Below are positions 38,301 through 53,300 of a stretch of DNA of 64,000 bases, one piece after another. How positions within the stretch are numbered: the stretch's first letter is position 1; each line of letters opens with the position of its first letter. The translations under genes and the position numbers were made by a program. A model generated the notes under the pieces. It had not been told where the DNA came from and ran no database searches. It saw only the letters and a list, made by a program, of their open reading frames with translations. The DNA is from Antedon mediterranea (taxonomy: Eukaryota; Animalia; Echinodermata): positions 15,596,912-15,660,911 of the forward strand of contig NC_092675.1 of assembly GCF_964355755.1 (NCBI RefSeq), read 5' to 3'.

Positions 38301-41300
38301 AGACCCTTGACAGTCATTTTGATTCAAACTACAAAATCATTCAACAAATTTATGAAAGAGAAATACAACAATATTCAAAATAGAACCTCTATTAGGACCC
38401 TACAATCCAGGGGACAATCATATTTAAGATACCTTTTTTATAAAACAAACAAGGGACATTACATGCTTTCATGCTAGTGCCAACTCCTATTAAGGGGACA
38501 CTCTGATTAGTGGGACATTGTGTTAGGTCTAAAAGGTGCTTTTAAACGTATACATTATTTACACACCTGATTTCAGGAGGGATCATTTCTGTGAATCCTG
38601 GAGAGGTAGATAATTCTGGACTGCCAGGTGAATTGTGCATCATACTAGCACTACCATACAACTGGGTACACGTCAACTCATTGTTGGTTTCTTTTAATGT
38701 ATCACGTTCATTACGCAGTCTCTGTAAAATCAAGAAATTGATCAAGTTTTTCATTCTTGTATTTATTTGTTATTGTTTATTCATTATTAATTTGATTTGA
38801 ATTTATTTGAATCATTATATAAAGAAATACCTACAAAGTGATAACATTAACTATACTGAAAGTACAAATAAAAACATTTATAGAAGATTTTCCAAGATAG
38901 CCCAAAAAGCTTATTTCCATTGGGATCCTAAGTAATAAATGTTATTTCCTTTATCAATATTAAATTCTTCATTAAGCTCACCTCATTTTCAGCCTGTAAT
39001 TGTGCCATTTTATCTCCTTGTCGTCCTGCCTCAAACTCTAACTTGTCTGCCCTTTTTGTGATTTCTGATAATTTTATATGAAGTTCCTGTGTTTGTCGTT
39101 TGTACGTTTCTAGTTGTGTTTTTAATGCATTAGCTTTTTTCAGTTCCTTTGAAAATTGAAAAGACAAAAACAATCTTTTATTGATCTACTGTATTTGAGA
39201 TGTTTGTTCCTAAAATAAGAATTCTCTGAAAAACACTACAGTAATGATAATCATCAGATGGACATCCTCTAACATAACTTTATCAAATGTTGGAAAGCAG
39301 AAAAAGTATTTGGTCAGCAGCCACGTTAAAATGGCCACCACTTTTACTAAATATGATCAAAAAGTAGATTTCAGCAATGCTAGACACTTGCTTTGGTATC
39401 AAAATGCTCACAATACTAATAGTTATATTAGTTGTAATGACGCATTTTCTCGATAACTTGCCAGAAAAGCGAGTATTGCCAGAAAACTTTTTTATATATA
39501 CAGTAAAAATGTTGTATTTTCACAATTGATCAGAAAATCAATTTCAAACAGGAACATTTGTACAGTATAGCCAATGATCGAATACTATAATCACATATGT
39601 CTGAGAATCAGATGAATCAAACAATTCTTCATACAATGGTAACGGTACAATGTGCTATATTCCTTCCTCCACCCAGACATGTAGTTAAGGTTGTCTTTTT
39701 TGTACAGTGCAACCAAGCTGACACAGGTCACAAATAACTGGATTTTGGTTTTGTAATTTGTTTGATGTGCATGTAAAATATGTTGTTTCCATACTCCAGA
39801 AATAGTAGTAGTAACGCATTTTTTTACTCCTTGATGAATTTCTCAATTTCCTAATCAATACATTTTACTTATTTTAAAATTAAACTAATTTCTTCTCATA
39901 ATCGAACACCTCTCATTAAGTGACCACCTCTCTTAAACGACCATACCTCTCATTAAGGACCACGTCTAAGGAACAGCTTCTCTTAACAACCACTACCTCT
40001 CATAAGTGACCACCTTTTTTAAAGGACCACCTCTTGTAATAGACCATATTCTCTCATAAGGGTACGCTTAACATAATTGACCACTTCTCATAAGCAACTA
40101 CCTCTTCCAAAGGACCACCATGTCTCGTAAGGGTGGTTCTTTATAAGAGATGGTTCCTTACGAGAGGTAGTGGTTGTTAATAGAGGTGGTTGATTATGAG
40201 AAGCGTTCCCTTACAAGAGGAGGTGGTCACTTAAGAGAGGTGGTTGATTATAAGACACAGTCCCTTACGAGAGGAGGTGGTCGATTATGTCAAGAAGCGG
40301 TCTCATCATTTTTCGTAAGCAGAGACGGTGGTCGTTTAAGAGAGGTGGTCGGTAATGAGGGTGGTTGCTTACGATCTATGGCTGCTTTTGAGTAAAGAGA
40401 TACATTTGCACAAATTTAAACATAGGTTTGTAAAAAAACACATGATTAAAACTGAACTTAAAAAAAAAAAAATACAGAATATTTTCCAAGTCCAAAAGTA
40501 TCTCAACATTTTCTACTGTTGTTACATTAGTGGTTAAATTTTGTTACGTTAGTGGTTAATAAAGTTTGTTACATTAGTGAATGATTTTTGTTACGTTAGT
40601 GGTTAATGCTACATTACTGGTTGATTGTTATGTTAGTGGGTGATACAGCTCTCAAGTACAAAAGAGATTATATTTTATAACAAGCAGTCTATTGTATAAC
40701 ATAATAAATTTTTATACTTAAAATATAGCCCAAAAAATTGCAACATGCCATATAGCTACAATTTGTACTGGACTATCACCACAGTATAACTGTAGTACTA
40801 TCAACAGTCCAGTGAAATAGTGCCTTCACTAATTGCAAAACAAAAGAATTTTCATTTTCACAGTAATTTTGAGTAAGCACAATACTAAAATTCACCCCTC
40901 CCCTCTCCTCCATCTAAAAAGGGAAGTTTGTTTAGCAATATGCAAATTACTTCTAGTCATGACGAGAATTCATGGTGACTTTTAGTAGGGTAATTATGGG
41001 ATCATTCCGATAAGCAGTAAAATAAATTGACTTGACATCATGTCATACCTCTTCAAGTTCAATTGTATTTTTCATATAACTTGTGTTCTTTTCTTCTAAT
41101 AGTTTCACTTGCTTTCTTAAATCTGCCAAATCTTCAAGCTTCTTTTTGTACGTTTCAATTGATGCTTCATACTTTGCTAGTTTTGCGGTGGAATGTCTCA
41201 GGACATCCATTTCATCTTTTAAATGCTGGGCTTCATCAGCTACTGCAACTAGTTCATCATTCTTTAAAACAAACAAAAATAGAAACAAGTTTTTTTGACA

Positions 41301-44300
41301 TACATAGCCATAGGGAAAACTGTGCCAGTGTTCCTGGGTATAATGTTTTGCAAAAAATCAAGGAGTGGGATTTTTTTTCTTAAATTGCATTACAATGAAT
41401 TTACCAATGAAAGGGTGTACACTATACTTGCGTATGTTACTGAACTTGAGTAATTCTGTAGTGCTTCTGAAATGTTTGTTAATTTTGGTGTTTCTAGTTT
41501 TGGTGAATTTATGCGTCTAATTATAGTTTTTTTGTTACGTATTAATTTATCTAATAATATGATTGTGAAAACTGTGTGTGATAAACTGATTTTTAATTCC
41601 AAATTGTTTGCTAACATGTCTGGCATTTTACATCCAATATTTTTATATTTTAGATACTCCTGTTATTTTGATATGCATATTATATGCATGCATATGAACT
41701 GTTTTATAAGTTGTTTTGTGACTGTGCAATTTGGTAATAGTCACTCTTCATACTGTACATTTAAAAGTAACACATCCAAATGCCAACTTCAAGTCAATGG
41801 GTACCAGATGTCTCTGTGAGACGGTTATTTGAACCAGTACCAGTACCAGCATTGAATTTGTGAAATAAAAGTGTATACATACATACATGGTGTACCATGT
41901 CCCGCATACCTGGCTTATTATGCCAGTTCTGCGGTACATTTCATTTCGAAACCTGAGCTGCACTGATGAGATCTAATAAGATCGAAACAGTACTGTTTAC
42001 AGATTATTTTTGTCACATCAAGTTTGATAGTGTACACAGAGCTTAATACCTTATGATTGAGCTCTAACACTTCTCTTTCAAGCATTTCTGCTTTGATCCT
42101 GAAATCATCCTTAATTCCCTCAACTCTGAAGTTTTCCTCTTGTAGTAGCTCAACTTGCTGTTGCAACTGGTGGTACTTTCTCCCAGAGGAAGAGCTGAAA
42201 TGCAACCACTTACAAAATTAACCTTACAACGCTATAGATAAATTTACTTTTGGCAACATTCTTCACAATTGTCAAATCAAAGGAAGTACTGTGTAATATT
42301 AAACTGTGCTGAATGGGAGGCTTTTATGAAAATACAGACTATGAAGTGAAACAAACATTTCTGTAAAAATATTAATTAAAGCAAAATTTTTAATTTTGAA
42401 GGAAAAAGCACAATAATAATAAATAAATAAAATTATTCAATATGGTTATAGAAATTTCTTAATTTTGTAAATGCATCCTATCTTCGCAGAGATGGGCTAT
42501 TTTCAGTTTATCCAGTTAACCTAGGCACAAAATACACAACTAAAATCTACTGTCTATAAAAAAAAGAAACCCACAGCCATAAGCAGTGCTGTTTAGTACA
42601 GTATGAAAAGTAACATAACATGAATAAAATGTATCTTAGAATCGAGGTGGTGGTGTAAACAGACATTAAAACACATTATGCAACCGAGCGCTATATAGTC
42701 TGTATACACGTCTACAGAAGTGACTAATTGGGAAACTTTCGTCTGTCAGTGTCCCAGAGTAGACAGTGTAATGATTAAACACAAAAAAACATTAAATCAT
42801 GCCTACAAAAAGGATTAAAAAAACCAGCAGTACCAGCACATACACTTAAATCAGAGTAGATCAAAAAAAGTTAAAGAATCCCACGTCATGCGTTCTTATT
42901 TAACTTGAATACATACCTATGTTGTAGAGCAGGCAATACTTCTACATTTGCACTGTAGATTACATACAGTAATTATATTTAGTACAGACGAATCAAAACA
43001 ATAAGAAAAATCTTATGCTAATCTTGCGAGAAAAATATCTGGTTTTTTTTGCTTTAGTTCGGTCTACACTATCAAACTTTGTGACAAAAAATGATGATGT
43101 CATATCACTACCATATTTAAGCAATCACACTTTTTTTTGTCAAACTAGTTTGATGATAGTGTAGACAGAGCTTGAGATGTATTTACCTTTTTCCAGATAG
43201 TGCATGGGGCTATAATTTAATTTAGGTTAACTAAAGACAAAAAAATGTTTGTTCAAAATAAGCCGTTTATGTTGGGATTATTCAAATGGCTTTTGTCCGT
43301 GATTTATTCATTTTTTCCAATTATTAGTAAATTTTTCTACTGTAAATGTAACGTAACTTGCACCGTACCTTGGGTCATCTAGGTGATATCCACTTTCAAT
43401 CCTTTGTAATAATGACTCATTATCATTTTGTACAGCATTCTTTTCTTCTTGTAAGGCTGCAACCTATTGACAAATTATTAAAATTGTTTCACTCTTCTCT
43501 GATTACAAGTTAGTTACTGACATTCAACTAGAACATGACCTCGTTGGACAGTTTCTATTGCAGAATTATGCCCAGGGATTATAATTACTGTAATAGAAAG
43601 CAAATGTAATCAACTTTCATAAATCTATATTTATATTATATTATAATAACAACCAAAACCCCAACATAGATTTTCATGCAGTACATGTGTGACAAACGTA
43701 ACTTTACTAAGTGTTTATTGGCATTCAAACAATATAAAAGAAGATGGTTTTTCTTTTCTTCTGTTTGTATTTATATGTTTCATATGGCCAATTATTTACT
43801 CTTAGTATTAAAGTAAATTACTTTCCTTTTATAGAAAATGCGATGTACAGCAAACCTAACTTACCCACATTGTATTAGGCGCTATAAAGCTCTGTCTAAC
43901 TAGTTTGACAAAAAAAGTGTGATGTGCCCAAATATGGTAGTGATATGCCACAATATGGTAGGTATATTTTTTGTGACATTTAAGTTTGATAGTGTAGACA
44001 GAGTTTTAAAGACAACCATTATTATCAGGTGACCATTTAGAATAAAATGATCACCTATTGTTTTTGTATGAAATCTTTATTAGATGATCATTTAGAATAA
44101 AATGATCACCTATTGTTATTGTATGAAATCTTTATGATTAGGTGCTCATTTAGAACAAATGATCACCTATTTTTATTGTATGAAATCTTTATTATTAGGT
44201 GATCATTTAGAATGAAATGATCACCTATTGTTATTGTATGAAATCTTTAAATATCTTACAAGTCACAGCTCTTCAGAATTAAAGGTGACCTTGAATTTTA

Positions 44301-47300
44301 TTACTTATTATGAAAGCTGCTGAAATATAGATATGAATTCATATTGAAATTGTGTCTATCGGATGTTGTGCCATTATCATATAGCCAGTTGAAATTAAAA
44401 AGTACACTGTATAGTATAGGGTATAATATAATAATAAGCACCAATCAGCACCATAATCATTATGTATCAGGTCATAGGATTGCATAAATCAATATTTTGC
44501 GGTCATATTTAATGTACGTGCATGTTGAAAAAAAAATTTAATATCAGAAAATTATAAAAATGATCACCTATAATTCATCAAAGTGACGAATTAAATTCTA
44601 GTTATTATTATTTTACTACACCAACTTACTTACCTGCATATCCAATTCATGACACTTCTGTAGTGCCAAATCTTTTTCCTCGCGTAATCTTCGCGTTTCG
44701 TTTTCCAAGACTTTTGGGTCTTGGTCATCATAGATATCCACAAAACCGTCTGTAGCATCATTTCTATGTTCATCCATGTTCATTATTTCTTGAATTGCTC
44801 CCATTATTACTTGCTGTACATCTTCTTCCATAATCATTATGGTGTTGATATATTCTATATATCCAAAAGGTAAATTTGTGAGAGAACTTTTATTGTTGTG
44901 CTTGATCCCATTATGTCATTCATGTTTGTTTGTGGAAAAAACAAATATTTTATTGATGGTGTGTGTTTGATCTTAACACTCAAATTTGTTTGTATATTTT
45001 ATACTAACTGTGAAATGGTTCCATGGTTTTGTGAAACCAAGTTCTCTTTTTTATAGTAACAATTTTTGTTAATATATAAATATCTGAATATAGTTAATTT
45101 CAATGTAACATTTTATGATGACACTACAATAAATAGTGTGTATGATTAGGCATACCCAATAAAAGCTTCATAAATAATTGCAGGGTAAAGAGTTAATACA
45201 AAGCAGCAAAAATTGAAATGGAAAACAATTAAAAATAGACAATTACTATAGTAAAACTCACAAACTTTACAAAACTTGATTAAAAATCTTACTTTTTAAA
45301 TCTTTTTTTATATTTATTTTTGGATGCTGCTGTTGTTAAAGAAATGGCTATATACTGAAATAAAATACATCATAATGTAATTACAACATTATGTTAATTT
45401 ACTATAATTTAATTTGTTTATTTTCACCTTCTTTTCTGTCACAGTTGACTGCAATCCCCAGCACTAATTGCAGAAGTCGTCCCAGGTGGTACTCATTACC
45501 ATGCTCAGCAATAGCACCCAAGTCAGGCTTAGGAAATTCTTTTATAGATTGGTTCAGAACCTACAAATATAAATGTCACATTTAGACATGCATCACATAA
45601 TTGCTGTTGATTGTGTCATAATGTATAGAAAATTCATTTTCAATGATAACTTATTTCAAGCAATAAGGGCCTGTGTGTGTGGAATGCTTAAATGCTTTTA
45701 CTAATGTTGTTATACTAACTGTAGAACCCATACTAAAGCCTAGCGAAATTGTTTGCACTAATTGAAAGCTTCACCACACATGCCTATTCATGTTTCTATC
45801 TTCCAAATCCCTCTCTACGCATGCGTATAAGCTGATGCTTTCGATTTACGCAAACAAATTTCTCCTTGTGGAAAATAGACTTATTGAAAGCATCAGCTTA
45901 TACGCATGCATATTCATGTTTCTATCTTTCAAATACTTCTCTACGCATGTGTATAAGCTGACGCTTTTGATTCACACAAACAAATTCGTCTAGTGGAAAA
46001 TATGCTACACCTTTGGAACCTAACTTAATAAGTATGTTGTCCTCTGAAGAATAGAGTTTAGTGTTACTGTTAAAACATCCATCTTATAGGGGTGTCCTAA
46101 ATCACCAATCAAACAAAATTATGTGAGTCCGGGGGGACGGAAGTGTGACGCTTGATGTGACTCCTGGGGAGAACACTGAATAAACCAATCAGAGGGCTTA
46201 TTATATTACACTTTAATATACTATAACAAGCCCTCTGATTGGTTTACCTCTTTGCCAACAGGAAACCAGTACTGCTATCAACTGTGCCATTAAACAGAAA
46301 ATGTCTACAACAAATATCAAATTTGGAAAGGCTGGAAGTTATTAATAATATAACTTTTCTACATATAAAATGAATAATAATTTAGTTTTTATTTTAAACT
46401 AGCATTTTAATACAAATATTTTGTATATTAACATTATCTGTCATTATTTTGTATCAATATTCCAAAAAAAAAGAATTACGAAAATCTGACAGTTTGTAGT
46501 TTACGAAATATAGGGTCTAAAACATCGCCGAAAATGATTGTTTTTAGCCACGAACGATGTTAACAAATTGTGCCCTCAGTCGACAATTGTATGAACTAAA
46601 ATAATTACATATAATTACGTTTTATAGTAAGTTATTTTTGTATATCAACATTGGAAATATCAATAAAATATGTTATTAAATGTTTATAAAATATATAAAG
46701 TTGTTAAATATTTAACGAAATTCAGACAAATTCATTGCTCTAAATTTGTGTAGTAACGATCAATACAGAGAGATCATGTGACTTCACGCAAGAGAAAACA
46801 TTCCACTGTCGGTGATTCGCGTCCACCAATCAAATAGCCAGAATCCAAAATCATTCAACCATGAGCTCAGCAGCTTTGATTGGCTTACAATGACATATCA
46901 CAAAATGGTGGTTTTGTAGTTGAGCCTCACGTAAATTTCACAATTTTGAAATAAATGGATATTTTTTATGGTAAATGTGTGTGATTTTTCTCTAAAAGAT
47001 TTGAATAATAAAGACTTCATATCGAGAAAAAACGTTATTTTTGGCACTTATATAAATATTTCTCAGAGAAAAAAGCACATGGCATGTGGAAATATATTAT
47101 CTTGGCGTAGAAAGACCAAAAAAATGCCAGGTCATGAGAGGCTCAACTACAAAAACAAGGTTGAATAGGGTAAGGTCACTTGACCGTTCAAAGCTTTTTG
47201 AGTAAACAATCGTATGGTCGTACGCGCTAGATGATGATATTTTAACTACATTTTTTACATGTTTGGTTGGATCCTGGAGGAAATATATCCTCCATGGTTG

Positions 47301-50300
47301 GATGTAATGGAAATGAAAAATAGTTGATCTGATAGAATAATACGTAAATAAACAAACACTCAAAAGAATTATGTTTACAGTTCAATTATTTTCAGAACAA
47401 TAATACATAACTAGACATGTAACTCGTCACTTTGACGAGTTTGGTTATCCGCCGCGCAAGTGGTGCAACATTAACATTAAGGGGATAGGTTGAGGACAAA
47501 AGGAAGTGTTCACGTTGGCATTATGACCTGAACTGAAGAATATGATATGTTGTTATTGCTGAATTTTATTATTTAAATTCATATATAGTATACACAGTAT
47601 AATCTGTATCCATATCACATACAGTGTAGAATAGGTGAAATTACGGGACTCGCTATTTATTGCAATTTTTAACATGTTGACGGTTTTAAAATGAAACGCG
47701 AAGGTAGCAATTCCGAAAGGAAATTATCTCAGCAACAACGTATTAGCGTGTAGAAGAAATTTGAATACGTGAAATATTGATGCGCGCTCTTTTAAATGTA
47801 ATGAATTATGACGCAAAAGATGAAAATACGACCTTTTTTATATAACTGGCCATATGATGACGTCACAACATCCGATTGGCAACATTTTTACATAATTTCG
47901 TATCTACAATCCAATAGCTTCCAGAAAAAGTTTTAATCGTGATTATCACATTTTATTCTTACGAGCTATAACAGATTAAAATTTACTGTAAAGATGAAAT
48001 TAATGCCACACGTGATTTAAATTTTTAGGCATGATGACGTCAAAAAAATAAAAATATTTTTAACTCCTGCGAAAGATACTTGATTGACCTAGACAATATC
48101 AAAATCGGGGTGAAAATGAAAAACGGATAAGTGGAGATGCGCTCTATTCAATGTGATGAGCTATGACGAAAGGTACAAAAATCCTAAATTTTATATTCGC
48201 GTGGCCATACGATGACGTCACAATGTCCGGTTAGCCATATTAATACCTGATCCGATATCTACAACTCATCTACTTCCAGAATATGCCATCCACAAAAAGT
48301 TGACCGTCTAGTTTAGAAATTACGACTGTTTAAAAAAAGGCATATTTTAAACAAATTTTTTAACCTTTTCATAAAAAACGCGCGCAAATTGTCCAATTCG
48401 ACGTGCTCGTATGACGTATCTTTAAGTCGAAATTGTTTAAAATTTGGTAAAATTACTAGAAAAGGCTGGAAAAATATAAATCACGCGAAAAAAATACGTT
48501 TTCAATGCTACGTGCGCACCGCACACGTAAAAATGTGCGCACGCGTGGGAATTTTTGACATGCTTAAAACGACATGAATCGCGTAGAAAGTTGATTATAA
48601 ATTAATTTTGCGCATTTTGAAATTTTAAATGCGCGTGCGCGCGTAACTTTGTGTAAAACACGCAATTTTTTTTCAACAGAAAGTTAGCGCATGATATAAA
48701 TTAAACTTTTGCAAAGTTTCAAGTTGAAATGTTATTTGGTTGTCGAGCTATGTTAAATACGACAAAATCGTTAAATCGCGCGTAAGTCACGTTGCGCAAT
48801 TGTAAACGTCATGAAAAGCTTCGCTTGACGACGTTACGTAAATGTCAATATGTTAAGATAGTTACCGAAATGTTATGTTTGCGAGTTTCAGAGAAAAGCG
48901 TTACACAAAAATCATACAGAAAGAAAGAAGAAGAACTAGACATGTAACTCGTCACTTTGACGAGTTTGGTTATCCGCCGCGCAAGTGGTGCAACATTAAC
49001 ATTAAGGGGATAGGTTGAGGACAAAAGGAAGTGTTCACGTTGGCATTATGACCTGAACTGAAGAATATGATATGTTGTTATTGCTGAATTTTATTATTTA
49101 AATTCATATATAGTATACACAGTATAATCTGTATCCATATCACATACAGTGTAGAATAGGTGAAATTACGGGACCCGCTATTTATTGCAATTTTTTAACA
49201 TGTTGACGGTTTTAAAATGAAACGCGAAGGTAGCAATTCCGAAAGGAAATTATCTCAGCAACAACGTATTAGCGTGTAGAAGAAATTTGAATACGTGAAA
49301 TATTGATGCGCGCTCTTTTAAATGTAATGAATTATGACGCAAAAGATGAAAATACGACCTTTTTTATTTAACTGGCCATATGATGACGTCACAACATCCG
49401 ATTGGCAACATTTTTACATAATTTCGTATCTACAATCCAATAGCTTCCAGAAAAAGTTGTAATCGTGATTATCACATTTTATTCTTACGAGCTATAACAG
49501 ATTAAAATTAACTGTAAAGATGAAATTAATGCCACACGTGATTTAAATTTTTAGGCATGATGACGTCAAAAAAATTAAAATATTTTTAACTCATGCGAAA
49601 GACAGTTGATTGACCTAGACAATATCAAAATCGGGGTTAAAATGGAAAACGGATAAGTGGAGATGCGCTCTATTCAATGTGATGAGCTATGACGAAAGAT
49701 ACAAAAATCCTAAATTTTATGTTCGCGTGGCCATACGATGACGTCACAATGTCCAGTTAGCCATATTAATACCTGATCAGATATCTAAAACTCATCTACT
49801 TCCAGAATATGTCATCCACAAAAATTTGACCGTCTAGTTTAGAAATTACGACTGTTTAAAAAAAGACATATTTTAAACAAATTTTTTAACCTTTTCATAA
49901 AAAACGCGCGCAAATTGTCCAATTGGACGTGCTCGTATGACGTATCTTTATGTCGAAATTGTTTAAAATTTGGTAAAATTACTAGAAAAGGCTGGAAAAA
50001 CATAAATCACGCGAAAAAAATACGTTTTCAATGCTACGTGCGCACCGCACACGTAAAAATGTGCGCACGCGTGGGAATGTTTTACATGCTTAAAACGACA
50101 TGAAACGCGTAGAAAGTTGATTAGAAATTAATTTTGCGCATTTTGAAATTTCAAATGCGCGTGCGCACGTAACTTTGTGTAAAACACGCAATTTTTTTTC
50201 AACAGACAGTTAGCGCATGATATAAATTAAACTTTTGCAAAGTTTCACTTTAAAATGTTATTTGGTTTTCGACATATGTTAAATACGAGAAAATCGTTAA

Positions 50301-53300
50301 ATCGCGCGTATGTCGCGTTGCGCAATTGTAAACATCATGAAAAGCTTCGCTTGACGACGTTACGTGAATGTCAAAATGTTAACATAGTTAACAAAATGTT
50401 ATGTTTGCAAGTTTTAGAGAAAAGCGTTACACAAAAATCATACAGAAAGAAAGAAGATGACAAAAAAGATGATGATGATTTCGTACAATCACAAGAGGTT
50501 ATCCTGCAACTTCGTTGCGGATAACCAACTAGACATGTAACTCGTCACTTTGACGAGTTAGTTATCCGCACGACAAAGGCCACGTAGACGTCATACGTTA
50601 GAATATTGCACACAGAAAAAGATTGTGGCAATATGACCTGATCTGAAGAATATGATATGTTGTTATTGCTGAATTCTGTTATTTTGTGTCATATTATATA
50701 TACAATATAATCTGTATACATATTACATACTGTGTAGAATAGGTGAAATGACTGGACCCGCCATTTATTCCAATTTTTAACATAGCGACGGTATCAAAAT
50801 GAAATACTAAGATAGCAATTTCGGAAGGAAATTATCTCGGCAACAACATATTAATGTGTAGAAGAAATTTAAATACGTAAAATATTGATGCGCGCTCTTT
50901 TAAATGTGATGAATTATGACGCAAAAGATGAAAATACGACTTCTTTTATTTAACTGGTCATATGATGACGTCACAACATCCGATTGGCAAAATGTTTACA
51001 TAAATTCGTATCTACAATCCAATAGCTTCCAGAAAACGTTTTAATCATGATTATCACGTTTTATTCTGACGAGCTATAACAGATTGAAATTTACTGTAAA
51101 GACGAAAATAAGTGACCCACGTAATTTACATTTTTAGACATCATGACGTCATAAAAATTAAAATATTTTTAACTCATACGAAAGATAGTTAATTGACCTA
51201 GATAATATAAAAATCGGGGTAAAAATGGAAAACAGATAATTGGAGATGCGCTCTATTAAATGTCATGCGCTATGATGAAAGATACAAAAATCCTATATTT
51301 TATATTCGCGTGGCCATACGATGACGTCACAATATCCGGTTAGCCATATTATTACATGATCCGATATCTACACCTCATCAACTTCAAGAATATGTCATCC
51401 ACAAAAAGTTGACCGTCCAGTTTAGAAATTACGACTGTTTAAAAAAAGGCATAATTTTGACAAATTTTAACGAATTTTTTACCTTTTTCATCAAAAACCC
51501 ACGTAAATTATCCAATTCGACGTGCCCGTATGACGTAATTTTAAGTCTAAATCGTTTAAAAGTTGGTAAAATTACTACAAAAGGCTGGAAAAACATAAAT
51601 CACGTAAAAAAAATTGTTTTCAACGCTACGTGCGCACGGCGCGCGTAAAAAAATGCGCACGCGTGGGAATTTTTTACCTGCTCAAAATGACATGAAACGC
51701 GTAGAAAGTGGATTAGAAATTGATTTTTCGCGTTTTGAAATTTTAAACGCGCGTGCGCGCGTAACTTCGTGTAAAATATGCCATTTTTTTTACAAAGTCA
51801 GTTAGCGCAAGATATAACTAAAACTTTTGTTAAGTTTCAATTTAAATTGTTATATGGTTTTCGATGTTTGTTAAATACGCGAAATTCGTTAAAACGCGCG
51901 TAAGTCATGTTGTGCAATTCTGACGTCATTCAAAAATAGAAAAGCACAACTTCAGGTGAATACCCATATGTTGACAAAGTTATGAAATGTTAACTTTACA
52001 CGTTTTTGAGATATGCTCTGCACAAAAATGACAGAAAGAAAGAATAATACAGAAAAAAAAACTAGACATGTAACTCGTCACTTTGACGAGTTAGTTATCC
52101 GCACGACAAACGCCATGTGCACGTCATACGTTGGAATATTCCACACAGAAAAAGATTATGGCATTATGACCTGAACTGATGAATATGATATGTTGTTAGT
52201 GCTGAATTCTGTCAATTTTTTGTCTTATAGTATATAGTACAAACAGTATAATCTGTATATATATTATATACAGTGTAGAATAGGTGAAATTAAGGGACCC
52301 GCCATTTATTTCAATTTTTAACATGGAGACGGTATCAAAATGAAACACTAAGGTTGCAATTTCGGAAGGAAATTATCTCGGCAACAACATATTAATGTGT
52401 AGAAGAAATTTAAATACGTAAAATATTGGTGCACGCTCTTTTAAATGTAATGAATTATGACGCAAAAGATGAAAATACGACTTTTCTTACTTAACTGGAC
52501 ATATGATGACTTCACAACATCCGAATGGCAAAATTTTTACATGATTTTGTATCTACAATCCAATAGCTTCCAGAAAACGTTTTAATCGTGATTATCACAT
52601 TTTATTCTTACGAGCTATAACAGATTAAAATTTTCTGTAAAGATGAAATTAATGCCACATGTAATTTAAATTTTTAGGCATGATGACGTCATAATAATTA
52701 AAATATTTTTAACTCATGCGAAAGATAGTTGATTGACCTAGACAATATCAAAATCGGGGTGAAAATGAAAAATGGATAAGTGGAGATGCGCTCTATTAAA
52801 TGTGATGAGCTATGACGAAAGATACAAAAATCCTCAATTTTATATTCGCGTGGCCATACGATGACGTTAAAATGTCCGGTTAGCCATATTAATACATGAT
52901 CCGATATCTATAACTCATCTACTTCAAGAATATGTCATCCACAAAAAATTGACCGTCCAGTTTAGAAATTACGACTGTTTAAAAAAAGACATAATTTTGA
53001 CAAATTTTTGTACTTTTTCATAAAAAATGTGCGCAAATTGTCCAATTCGACGTGCTCGTATGACGTAACTTTAAGTCGAAAGTGTTTAAAAGTTGGTAAA
53101 ATTACTATAAAAGGCTGGAAAAACATAAATCACTCGAAAAAAATATGTTTTTAATGCTACGTGCGCACCGCACACGTAAAAATGTGCGCACGCGTGGGAA
53201 TTTTTTACATGCTTAAAATGACATGAAACACGTAGAAAGTTGATTAGAAATTAATTTTGCGCATTTTGAAATTTTAAATGCGCGTGCACGCGTAACTTTT

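Noticed and set aside
48389-51805. Recurrent 60-90 aa ORFs (..[13 protein letters not shown]..)
   Set aside because: They recur only because the DNA repeats. Starts, stops and frames differ among copies and there is no known motif.
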